64,000 nt of DNA, taken from assembly GCA_021613535.1 (NCBI GenBank), contig CP075492.1, forward strand, positions 4,402,001-4,466,000. The letters run 5' to 3'. How positions within the stretch are numbered: position 1 is the stretch's first letter; each line of letters begins with the position of its first letter. Origin of the DNA: Adineta vaga. Its lineage: Eukaryota; Animalia; Rotifera. Made by a program: the position numbers and the translations under genes. Shown here piece after piece: positions 11,247 to 26,233 of the stretch. The notes beneath the pieces were generated by a model. The model did not search any database. It was not told where the DNA came from and was given only the letters and a program-made list of their open reading frames with translations.

Positions 11247-12682
11247 CTATTCAGTATAAAAATTATTCTTCCAAGTACCTTTGCGTATTTGTCCATTGGC
11301 ATATACATGTTTGCCACGTCCATGAAAAGTATTATTTTTATGTTCTCCATCATAAAAATCTCCGTTGAACCATGAATAAATTCCATGACCATTTCTCATA
11401 TTATTATTCCACTCACCGGTATACTTTTCTCCGTTAGCAAAATAGAAGGTACCTTGACCATGCATTTTACCATCTTTATGATTTCCTTCGTATCGATTAC
11501 CCGTTGACCATGAAAATGTTCCTTGTCCATTCATTACATCATTACTCCACTCTCCGGTATATCTGTCTCCATTTAGAAAATAATACGTTCCATAACCGTT
11601 TTTCTTGCCATCTTTTGTCATTCCATCGTAACGATCACCTGTCTGATATGTTATAAAACTTCTCATTTCGTTCTTATTAGAATGATTCTCATCTATAAGA
11701 AAAACCAAGAAAAAATATACTTATTTCAACTATATTCATATTAAACATACCACGATTTGTATTTCGTATTGTCTTCGGTAATTGTATATTACCAACAGCT
11801 AATAGTTTAGCATAAGCCATTTCTAGAAATAAATTACAATGATTAACTATCGTATCAGATGAAATTGACAAGAAAAGAAACGTATAGCTATTATCGATTG
11901 AACTTCTTGCTAATCAAAACATTAATTACGGATTACTTACCTATGATGTTTCTAGTATTTGATTTTTGATTTGGATATGGACATGTTTTTGTTGTGGATT
12001 CTTCTTCATTATCTTTCTTTGTGATTTCTTTTAAATGTACAACATGTAAACCACCAATATGATCTAATGCATTGCCTACGACACGAAATCGAGTACCTGG
12101 ACCCAATATAACTTCATCCTCAGTTGGAAAATTTGTATAACCCGAAACATCTTTCCCATTTTCAGCTTCAATTAAAAATAGAGTCGATTCTTTATCGAGA
12201 AAATTTTTAATAACATGTACTGATGATGAACAAGAATTAATATTCCACCAAGTTGTTTCTTGATTATCTTTGAATTGATCACTAATATTTACACTTACGC
12301 CACGCCAGATAACTTTTTTCAAACTTGGTAATTTATTAAGTGTCGTATCGAATAATTTAAGAAAAGCAAACCAGGGAATAAGTGTCGATCGATCTTCATT
12401 ACGTAATGCTTTGTTTAGTATACGATAGAAACTATCTTTACCCCATTCCATTGTATATAGATATAATGCAGCTGATTCATTAATTGTAAGATTATGTTTA
12501 GATGGATGAGTACAATTTTCTTTCGCCACTTTCATATAGCGATCTAAATTTGAAATCATGGGTAAAATAGGTGTTAATGCTTCTTCAAGTGGAACCAGAG
12601 GATGATTCCAATAACCATAGATAGGCGTAAGTTGTTTGTTTCTAAACTTTTTATCAACAAATCGACTCGTTTTTATACTCAT
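11247..12682 (-). CDS. NAD:arginine ADP-ribosyltransferase (ARTC, R-S-ExE) fused to ~6 MORN repeats; 2-3 exons
   Basis: Exon 12682-11941 has ESAALYLYT, FYRILNKALRNEDR, VIWRGV (R), SCSSS (S-x-S), PTEDEVIL (ExE). A phase-1 donor joins an optional 72-nt exon (~11822-11751) and exon 11692-11247 with 23-aa MORN repeats (GDRYTGEWSNDVMNGQGTFSWS). Confidence 0.87.
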
Positions 12683-12777
12683 CTTTGAGATTGAAATATT
12701 GTAACTGTAGATAATATCGTGTTCAGAAAAGAAATAATTGTATGTACTACGTAAATGTAACTATATACAGTTGAAAG

Positions 12778-12803
12778 TATATATATATATATATATATAT
12801 ATA
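12778..12803. repeat. (TA)n microsatellite
   Basis: About 13 TA units just upstream of the ART-MORN start codon. Confidence 0.9.
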
Positions 12804-14631
12804 AATACACCTATATGTGTATTCGGATGAAACGTCCTTGGAATGTAGACCATACTGATCATCAATACCTACTCATGAGTCATTAAAATTGATATTGTAT
12901 GTCATAGTAAAAGAATACATTGATTTCATGTTCACCTTTTCCCTTCCTATTCACTGTAACAGGTGAAGGAATATGGTGACGTCAGAAATCATTAAAAACA
13001 GAATAATATCTTACGATATAAAACATTGTTTGTGAAGGTCATGTGTTTTTTTTCTTAGTTTCATATCAAATAAGAAATTGTATGTAAACATGTCTATCCG
13101 TTTTAAAGTTATTAGTTCAAAAGTCAAAGTACATATGCATTTAAAAAAACGAGCTAATATTTATATAATTCTATATCTAGAGACGAAAGAATATCCATGG
13201 AGATATCTATACGTAGACGATGTATCTCATCCAATAGCAAGGTTACACTTTGTCATACATGTCTAAAACCCATGAACTGCAGTAAAACTCATCATTGAAT
13301 TACTACGTAGTTGATTGCATAAGTTCAATTTATCAAGCACTCAGATGAATCAAATACATCTTTGGAGAAAAAAAAACTGTACTGGATCATTAAAATACGA
13401 TATTAATCATTATGCTTCGTTGTTTTATTGTTTACGATGAAAATGAAAAAAATAAGCAAAAAGAAAGATTGAATATAATATATTATTATTCAATAGAGTA
13501 GCACTCTTGGTTGTCGAAAACCACTGATATATGAAGTGCTTTCTTCCTATAATCTTTAGTTTTTCTCGGTAATAATAGAATAGTCTGTTTGTTTTGATCG
13601 AATATCGAATGAACCGTAGTTGCCATTTATGAACTTATCTAAGTAAAGATCCAATCGCAACAAGATTTCATATTTTCTCTTTAACTTTGCTGCTATAAAT
13701 GAATAAGACAAAAACTAATATCAATAGAATTACATTAAAAGGAAACAAAGTTCTTTGTTCTGATGATTCATCCATCTATGATGAAGTAAAACGATAAGAG
13801 AACAAGAAAGAATGATTGAATAAATAAACAATATATCTCTGGTGTATATCAAATTTAATCTTTGTTACTTTTCCGTATGAAAATGAGTATTGTACTCATA
13901 AAAAGGAAAGCGAATTGAATAGAATAAGGATATCTTTGATGTTCAAATGGATTCGATTCTTTTTATTTCGTTCACAAGGTCAAATTTCCTTCTTTTCGTC
14001 ATCTATACGTCCAGGTTTTCTTCGTTTCAAACTGAAATCATTCTTATTTCTTCTTTTCCTGCATATACATCTATGCGCACATTCTAAGGTCAACCCACGC
14101 TGTCGCTGAATAACAACTTGTTGCTGCTGCTCCTTCTTCTTCTTCTTCTACTTATTTTCTTTGAGAGAAAGAGAAAAAGAAAAAGAAAACATTGAACACT
14201 GACAAAAACGCACGCAACTATCGTCATTCGTTTCTCGACTGTTTTTCCTTCTTATTTCTTTCTCTTTTCTTATTTTGCATTTATCTATCTCTTTTTTTCC
14301 CGTTATTTATTTGTTAGTCATATGTTCGACATCGTTTGTTAAAGAAAGTAATCGTAACTACAGAAATGCCATCACAATTCTCATCAGACTAGTGAATGAA
14401 ACCAACTGTAAACATTTCCTTTATAATAAAACTAAGAAATACAAACATCGTTATTCATTTTCTTGATTTTATTTATGTTATTCGAATCAACAAGAATTAG
14501 TTTTCTCTCATTTCGATAAGAAATAGATAAGATTATTTTCGAAATTCATATTCATATAAAATCGAATCAAATATTTCTATTTTTTCTTTCTTTGTATTTA
14601 AGATTTTATAGAAAAAACTTAGAGAAAAACA

Positions 14632-17452
<2,821 letters not shown>

Positions 17453-19194
17453 ATTAACTTTATATTTTTCTTTTCCCCTCATTTCTGACTTTTCATTGGG
17501 TGTGTTTGTCTTATAATATGAATGATAAATAATATACATACATATATATTTCAAAGATCAATAAATAATGCGTTCTATCTATGATATGAAAATTATTTGA
17601 TTAGTTTCACTTAGTTTTCATTATTGACGGAAAAGTCGGATAAAGATTAATGAAATATCACCGCTAGTAAAAGTGTTGTCAGTCACATATTCTTGTTTCG
17701 AATCTATTTTGTGATAGTTGAGGACGGGTTAGGTGATATTTTTGGAGTTCTCGAAGGTGTTCTGAATGGGTGATGAGACTATATTATCTACGAGTCTAGA
17801 TTTTGCATCAATGATGAAAATAAAATAGCTTGAGTTGTTGAGAAAAAAAATGTTTTCTGGTGATTTGATTTTCAAATTTTCTATAAGATAATTGATCCAG
17901 TTAGCTACTAATAATGAACATACTGGAGGGGAAAGCGAGTATCGAATTCAAATTCATGGATCGGACCGTAAAGATGTCGCTAAATAACATTAAAAGATCA
18001 GAAGGGTTTGATCTTACGAGCGAGACATATTAAACTGATTAAAAAATGCTAATGTATCATTGTTTTCTGTTATTCTCTTAATGAAGATTTTGTTGTTTTA
18101 TATATACATACTTTGTTGGTATTGTTTGCGATTTCAAGTGTTATTTAACAATTATAACTATACATGTAGTACATCCTTGTTTATTGGAAAATGTGAAGGC
18201 AAGGAAATCAGTACAGAAGATTTTCATGCCTACATTTTTAAGATATCTCTGTATAAGTTAATAGAGTCAGCCAAGTTCTATGCACTGATGATCGATAAAG
18301 AAACGATGGAAACTATAGTCGTGAGAGTTTTTCTATTCATGCCCATACTCTTGCCATGTTAGTGTATATCATATCAAAATAAGAACTATAATTTTAGCTG
18401 ATCTGTCTCGAACTATTCGCTTTACAAAACATATGGAACATACCTATTTTGAAAAAAAAGATATTGTTTTAGAATTACGCATATAATATTAAAGATGCTT
18501 CATTATTTTAATGATTCTTCGAGAACGAGTTTTGAATGTGTTTGAAAGATTTTTTTTTATATCATATTTCAACTATTCATCATAATGCAATTAGAGAAGG
18601 TATAAAAAAAGGCATACAGAAAACACTTTGATCAGTGTGTTTTTGATCTTTGAGCGGTAAAATGAAGGTTTTTTCTGCTTCAGAATGACTTTATGTTTCC
18701 ATTTTAGAATACATTTCTAGATACAGATGCCTTTGTTTTACGGATTTTTGAATAACTAAAAGTACTGCTATTTTGTTAATATGTAACCTAATATAGGATC
18801 TTTTCGCTTTTTTTCGTGTCATAAGCTGCAATCGGCACCATTTTGCATTATGAACCCGTATTTCTGCATGCAGGAAGAGGAGAATTTCGGAACCTCGACT
18901 TATAACTAAAACTCGTCTTTCCTTGTATAGCATATGTGAGTTCCATGAAACACTCCACCAAAAATTGGTTTGTATAATATTTCACTAATTTCTAAGTCAG
19001 TTGTGTTTTTTTTATAGATATAATCAGTTATCTCTTATAACCGGATAACGTTAGTATAGTCTTTGAAGAGAAAAAGCAATTATCTCAGGAAAAAAAAGAC
19101 GTAACGAATTTATCTTCGCCTAATGAATAAAGTAAGATGAGAACTCAAAATCTGACAAATATTGTGTTTTACTCTTTGTTGTTAGTTCATAAAA

Positions 19195-20094
19195 ATGATG
19201 ATATTTGACGCAGTTAAATTTTATTCATATGCTATTTCACTGATTCCATCAGCTCTTTGTTTAATATTTATTCTTTATCATTTTGTGTTCGATCGGAATC
19301 TTAGTAAATCGCTCAATAATCATGTAATTATTCTTATTCTTTTTATTGATTTCATTTATGAAATAACCGTTTTTCCTTGGATGCTTTATGATTATTACCG
19401 TGAAGGTACATGGGAAAAATCTTTTTTATTTTGTTAAATTTGGTCTTTTATTGATTGGGCATTTTATATAACTCATACAATATTATTTGCATGGACATCG
19501 ATTGAAAGACATATTTTAATCTTTCATGAAAGATGGGTTTCAACACAAAGAAAACGTTTATTCATTCATTATTTTCCTATGATTACTCTTCTTCTCTATT
19601 GTTTAATATACTATATTATTGCTTACTTTTTTCCACCTTGCGAGAATTTATTTTGTAATTCATCATGTCTATTATATGAATATACATTTTTTATGTATGA
19701 AACAATCGTTCATCAAATAATTCCTATATTTGTGATTATTACTTTTAGTGTTCTTTTATTTTTACGCGTAGTATGGCAAAAATATCGTACACGTCAAGCT
19801 ATTCAATGGAGAAAATATCGAAAAATGACAATACAATTATTATCAATTTCATTTCTTTATTTAATATTTTACTTTCCATTTGTCGTATGTGTAACGATAT
19901 ATTTAAGTGGCAATTTCAGTGAAGGATTATTTTTATTTCAACCATATGTAATTTATCTGATGTATTTGTTCACGTTGTTTTATCCATTCGTTTGCGCGTT
20001 ATCATTACCGGATCTTCTGAATAAAATATTTCGAGTTCGATGTTTCCAGCGACACAGAGCACGTATTGCTCCAGGAGCAACTATTCTGCGATAA
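19195..20094 (+). pseudogene. Intronless class A (rhodopsin-like) orphan GPCR interrupted by one in-frame TAA (19435-19437)
   Basis: The two ORFs share a frame; the bridge reads FLFC*IWSFIDWAFYITHTILFAWTSIERHILIFH (TM3 with ERH in place of DRY). Seven hydrophobic segments, RKMTIQLLSIS and LFYPFV. Confidence 0.75.
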
Positions 20095-21121
20095 TATAAA
20101 CGCAACTTCATACCATTTATTTGTAAACTCATTTACTCAATGTTGTAAAAGAAGATGTTCGTATATTTTTCTGTTGTTAAATAAAGAAAAAGCTTAAAAT
20201 AACAATTTCGTTCAACACTTAATGATTTCAATGTCAAATGATTGTCTCTTGAATTGATCAAATTAACTAATTTTACACATTGCCATTGCCTATGATCAAG
20301 AAAAATAATACGTATCTGTTAGCGTAGTACACAAATATTCTCAGCAGAATTTTTGTTTTTAAATTATCTATATTTCTCGACGTATAAGAAGTTTACAGTT
20401 ATATTAAATAAAGAAGAGTTTTCTTTATTTTCTTCAAACAACTTTCGTAATTTCCATTGCTAATCAGTAAATTGTCGTAAATTGTCTTAGCTTATCGTCT
20501 GATGAATGAAAATACCAACAAGAAAGGAGGGCGTTTGGTTTTTCGATTGCTTGCATGTCATGACCTGGATATGAATATCTCATTTTGGGTAAGCAACTAT
20601 AGAAGAATAAACTTCAATAATATTTGAAGAAAAGTCGTCCTTGACTATCCTATTTGCAGATACAATTGCTTCAATCATAATATTAATATTGACAGGCGAT
20701 TCATTTATAATAAAGAAGTAAACTATTTTCGAGATTAGTAGGTAATACAAAGTTATTCATCATAAGGCAATCGATTTTTCAATTTTTTTTTAGGTGTACA
20801 CGTATCGATCAACGATGCGTAAGCAAGATGAATAAATAAGAAAGAATAGAAAAAAATATTCGTTGACCCGCAACTCAGAAAAATACACTACATATGCTAA
20901 TAGGGTCTTGACATGTTTTCAACGAAAACATGTAAACAAATGCAAAATGATTGAAGAAAGGCATGCTTTTCAATTCATACCTCTATAATTTGGCATACAT
21001 CCCTGCTTTACCCACTCACACACTTTCTTGTTTTTACAGGTATTGGGCGAGTATAAATTATAAAGAAATCGATTGATCGATTACACATAAGGTAGCTGCT
21101 AAGAAAAAAACAGTACAGCGA

Positions 21122-22291
21122 ATGATGCTTCATCTGAAACATATTTTATTGTTTTTGTGTGTCATCCATATAGCATCCGGTGGAGCAAGTAATTCATATC
21201 AAGATTGTTTGCAAATAGCTTCTAAATTTGCTCGAACAGTAACAAATGGACCCGTTAATGATCTTCGCACGACACAAGGTTATAACGTATCATGTTCACA
21301 AATGAGCAATGTGACATGTCCTGGTCAAATGGTTAATGGAGTTTGCAGATTTCAACAGAAACTTGTTGTAACATGTATTAATGGTTCAACAGTACGTATT
21401 CGAATACAATCCAATGGTCTACCACGACGTTGCTCCCTTGTGCCCTTGACTGCACCAATTACTGAATTGAATATAGATTTCGAAGTGAATTTCAATCCTG
21501 ATGTAAGTGTCAATTCACCTAATAAAGCACCAGCAAATGCTGGAGAACTCAGTAAACTTTTATGTAACATTTCAAATCATGCAGATGTTCCAACAGCATC
21601 CAGTTTTGTTATGTATCAAAGCAGTATGGCGATGAGTGTAATAGCCGGTGTAGCTATTGATGGTATTAGCATTTTCAATGTTAATAGTGCGAATCAAGTT
21701 GATCCATTCTATCCAAATCCATCTAGCTATGCAGCGGAAGGAGCAGATCAATGTTTATCACATCCAGGAGGTGGTGGTGAATTGCACTATCATATTGGAA
21801 GCGGATGTACGGTGAATCCTCCATCGGGTAATTTAACAGGTTGTTCACCAGAAATCGGATGTTTAAATAATATAGCAAATTATTCAGTTCAAACATTTTC
21901 ATCATTAAAAACTTTAACAGTAATTGGCATTGCTAAAGATGGTCATGTTATTTATGGTCCATATTTATCATCAGGTACTCAAGTCACATCAGGTTTTGAT
22001 ATTTGTAATGGTATGTTTTATGATTCGATTGGTAACTATGGTTATTTTGCAACATCGACCTATCCTTATCTTACTGGTTGTTTTGGACCAGGAACGTATC
22101 CTAATTTTAAACCGAACTGTACAACAAATCCAGCGACAAGTTACACAAAATCATCTTATGCTAATTCATCATCAACAGGATCAAGTTCAGGATCCGGTTC
22201 AAAGGGTGTGACATTAAATGTTTCTACATGGCTTACTATTTTCTTTACAATTTCGATGATGACTTTGAATATACCAGTACTATTCATGTAA
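21122..22291 (+). CDS. Secreted, probably GPI-anchored Cys-rich YHYH-domain protein, intronless
   Basis: Signal peptide; IQSNGLP, GVAIDGISIF, DQCLSHPGGGGELHYH, IGIAKDGHVIYGPY, DICNG, YPYLTGCFG; S/G-rich spacer then hydrophobic C-terminus. Confidence 0.8.
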   Translation: MMLHLKHILLFLCVIHIASGGASNSYQDCLQIASKFARTVTNGPVNDLRTTQGYNVSCSQMSNVTCPGQMVNGVCRFQQKLVVTCINGSTVRIRIQSNGLPRRCSLVPLTAPITELNIDFEVNFNPDVSVNSPNKAPANAGELSKLLCNISNHADVPTASSFVMYQSSMAMSVIAGVAIDGISIFNVNSANQVDPFYPNPSSYAAEGADQCLSHPGGGGELHYHIGSGCTVNPPSGNLTGCSPEIGCLNNIANYSVQTFSSLKTLTVIGIAKDGHVIYGPYLSSGTQVTSGFDICNGMFYDSIGNYGYFATSTYPYLTGCFGPGTYPNFKPNCTTNPATSYTKSSYANSSSTGSSSGSGSKGVTLNVSTWLTIFFTISMMTLNIPVLFM

Positions 22292-22974
22292 AAATGGTTT
22301 GTTTTCTTTTCATCGTTGGATAAAATAGTTGATTATAAAGAGTGATCGTTTTCTGTTACTGTTCTTGTAGTTTGAAAAGTGAAAACATTTGTGATTGTAT
22401 TTTTTGGATAAATTGCTTGTGTTATTACATTTATAATTTGATGCTTCCTACGTATGTTTCTCAATGGCTCATTCAAAACTAATTGATGTTGATCACTATT
22501 GAATAAATTTTACTTTTATCATTTAATTACCACATAAACATAGACACAGTGTACAGAGCTTGTGTGTCTTCCAAACGAGATATTTGTTGTTAATTTATTA
22601 GTATATGGAATTTTTTAATTTCGTTTTGACAAATATTTTGAAAAAATGTGAAATAGTCAGAAATACTTATGATAGAAATGTTTGAATGTTATGGAATCAT
22701 TCACTGATGCTCTATATCGTTGCAAAAAAAGTGCGATTTATGAAAGAGCCAATTTCAGCTATTACTCACAAAGTGCAAATCTATTTCAGACATGTGATTG
22801 TTAGATGTTTTTTCTTTTCCAATCTATTTGAACATAAGTAGAGTAACGGATTGAAACCAAAATTTTAATCTTTAAGTTTATTGAAAAAAAACTGCTAAAT
22901 ACATTTTTCTGTTGTGCTAATATTAAAGAAATAAAAGAAAAAGAGTCATATATAAAAGAGTTAATTGTATATTT

Positions 22975-24226
22975 TTAATAGTTTTGTAAACCATTTATTT
23001 CTCGCTCATGAAATCTTTCTTGTAATGGTACATTGTATCGAAAATCATTTTGATATTTATTGAATGTTTGACGATGCGATTGCATCATGTATTCTGATTG
23101 ACCATTATATGTGTGAAACATGGATGATATTGGTCGAGATTGAATTTCATCAACATTCGCTCTTGGTAAGGAAACAGGCGGATAAAGTTCTGTAAAATAA
23201 CGCTCATCATTATTATCTTTTGATGGATTTAAAGGAGCAGAAGATCGTTCATTCGAATCATTATATGTTGATGAAGTTGTTTCTGCATTATATCGATCTA
23301 ACATTCTCTAAAAATATTTCATAAAATTCATCGACAATGTTTTGTCCAAAGATATACTACTTGTCGATTTATTTCTTCCGATTGTGCTTTGGTTAAACCA
23401 CGAAAATGGAAGATAGTTACGAATACTCCACACAGCTTCAAATAGAAATGTAAGAAATGAGCATTCATATCAATATATTATTCTTAACTTACCGAAACAA
23501 TCAAACGAATAATCATAACAAAAAAGAGTATTTTAATTTGAATTGCTGGTCGATAATTCTAAACAATATAGTTCATTATTAATTTCTATAAAGAAATAAA
23601 TCATAGAATATAATTTGCACCTGTTGTTGATATTCTCGAAGAGATAAAACCGTAACAATACCATCGGCAAGTAACATAAATATCATCATAGTCGACCATA
23701 GAAATAAAAGCCATGCTTTTTCCTTCAAAACACAAAAAGAATTATAATGAAATTGTTATCACATAGATTCTTTTTTCTAAATTTTTACTAATTGAATGCC
23801 ACAAAGAAGAAGAATTATAAGAAGAACAGCACCGAAATAGAGTGCTACTAAGATCCAACCAAATATAATCATTAATGAAGAAGATGCAATTGCCCAGAAG
23901 ACTATTATTAAAAGAAAGCAAAACATAAATCATAAATTCAAACTTTTAAAAGAGATACATACCACCTCCGCTGGTGTACGCTTGTCCTGAACCCATTGTT
24001 GTCACATCAATCAAGGCATATAATCCACTGCTTAGGTAAACGATCTATGTACATAGATATATTGTTATAAATGCATATCGATTTAAGATATCCTTACGAT
24101 AATTAATAATGCTGTACCAATGGATAGAGTCGACCATTTCACTTTATTGAAGATATTATGTTGATATGAGCCAGGAAAACAAGTACATAGAGAAGGATCA
24201 ACTATTTTATTAGTATTAGATGTCAT
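22975..24226 (-). CDS. Four-transmembrane protein (LAPTM/DUF4728-like); ~7 exons
   Basis: Spliced in frame: MTSNTNKIVDPSLCTCF...TLSIGTALLIIIVYL...LLLCGIQLEKAWLLFLWS...ILFFVMIIRLIVSLCGVFVTIFHF, then a hydrophilic tail with an LYPP motif. Confidence 0.65.
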
Positions 24227-24650
24227 TATAAACTGATACGATAGAAATGAAAGGACAAAAAGAGAAGAAAATGATTTTAGTCGATTTAACTAGATGGATC
24301 GTTCGAACGATCACTGAATACAGTTTCGATTGCACATGTCCATTCTTTAAGAACAGAAAGAAAAGAAAAGAAAAAGAATGTTTCTGTAATGGCGATATGT
24401 ATTCGTTCTTTTTCGAATTCATCTGCATAAGGTTTTATATCCTCTTTGAAACGATAAAATTCACATAGGTATGAGATTATACCAGAATGAAACTGTTTTT
24501 CTAAATCAATCAACGGCAATCAAAGACATATATAGGAAACTAAACAAAATCATTTATTTTCAAAAGCTTCTTTTCTTCTCAAGAAACAAAAATAAATTTT
24601 CTTGTATGAAATATCAAGATGAAAGTGTCTCGTATGCATCTTATCAATAT

Positions 24651-25721
24651 TTATTTTTCTGTTACTAATTCTTCACTTAATTTCCATAGACGTTCGGCGG
24701 CATCCATATCGATTGCATGTGGTCCCATTCCCCAAAATTGTTTTGAATCTAAATTAACTCCTTGACTTATAGCACAATTCTCTAAATATTCTCCACCATG
24801 ATTATCCAGTTCAGGTGCTAATGCTGCATAGACACTTGTCGATGCACCTTGTTCAACATTTTTAAATCTGTCAACTAAACTACCATCTTCTTTAAACCAA
24901 CCCATTGCTTGTTGTTCTTCAACTGGTATATATTTGACTAAATTTGTCATTATACCACCTGGATGTAAAGCATATGCTTGAATACCTTCTGATGAATATA
25001 GTTTATTGAATTGTTTAGCAAAAAGAATATTTGCTGTTTTGCTTTGACCATAAGCAACCCATTTATCATAGTTTTTTTCCCAATTAATATCATCCCAATT
25101 GATACCACCACGTCGATTTGCAATTGAACTAACAACAACAAGACGTGATGGTTTACCTGATTTCAATTCAGGAACAAGACTTGTCGCTAGTAGAAAATGA
25201 GCAAGATGATTCACACCAAATTGTGTTTCAAATCCATCGACTGTTTTCGAATATGGACAAGCCATAATTCCAGCATTACCTATCAGAAAGATTAATTAAA
25301 GATTAGATTATTAATTGAAATATATCAACTTACAAATAAGAATATTTATAGTTAAATTACGTGCTCGAAATTGCTTAACAAAATTCCTAACTGATTGAAG
25401 TGAATTCAAATCGAGTTCCATGACTTCAATTTTATCATTGCCTGTTGTCTTTTTTAAATCTTCTACTACTTCTGCACCTTTATTCATATCTCGTGCTGTA
25501 ATAATAACATGTGCATTTGCTGTTGCTAATGCTCGTGCAGTTTCAACGCCAATACCTTGGAAAAATGAAAAGAAAAACACGATTTGTGCAATATTTTCTC
25601 ATTCAAATCATCTACCTGATGTACCACCAGTAATTAGAACAAGTTTTCCATCAAGATTTGCATTTAATCCTTTTACAACTTCTAGTGCAGTCGATTTAGC
25701 ATGAAAATTTGTTGTAGTCAT
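24651..25721 (-). CDS. Short-chain dehydrogenase/reductase (retinol-DH/WWOX-like subfamily); 3 exons
   Basis: STALEVV...LITGGTSGIGVETARALA, NAGIMACP, DGFETQFGVNHLAHF, catalytic YGQSK, HPGGIMTNL, AAERLWKLSEELV. Confidence 0.93.
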
Positions 25722-26233
25722 CTTGTCGCCAAGTATGGTATGCGTGCCTGTCCGAGTTGTTTTGTAAAAGACTTTCGATGTTAAGATAAGATAAATATAT
25801 TATTTATATATTTATCTGAAATCTTACTCTTTCTTTGTTTGCATTCATATATATATATATAGAGAGAGAGATAAGCAGTAGGCTTGATAGGATCGTTTAA
25901 AATTCATCTTCTATATTTTTTTAAAACTTGGTTCATTTCGAACTTTCGATTGCCTTTTGTACTATAATATTCGTCATACTGTTTGCCTTTGTTTAACAAT
26001 CTGACAAAATATAATTTCGTTGACTATGAGTAAAGTATTAGATTATTTGACATACATATAAGCATGCGATCAATCTTTGTCGTTCTCTCAAGGTGATTGC
26101 TCCTTGTACTCATGGCTTCACAAACTTTTGAATTATTTAAAGAAAGAAAAAGAAAAAAGTCGATAAATAGAATGCATCCAGATTTCTTCCATTGCATGTA
26201 TTGATTAAAACGTTTTTTTCTTCGACATAAGAA

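Noticed and set aside
11250-11650. Periodic 69-nt repeats as a CRISPR-like array
   Set aside because: They are coding MORN repeats with no invariant repeat or unique spacers.
13480-14110. Short ORFs and splice-like sites upstream of kinesin-13
   Set aside because: No coherent reading frame or motif; likely UTR, promoter or noncoding.
17600-19100. Intergenic stretch with short ORFs, possible transposon debris
   Set aside because: No recognisable domain or terminal repeats.
19435-19437. Alternative genetic code or selenocysteine explanation for in-frame stops
   Set aside because: TAA terminates conserved genes normally here (calmodulin, V-ATPase F), and the TGA at 27613 is followed by a frame change rather than in-frame continuation.
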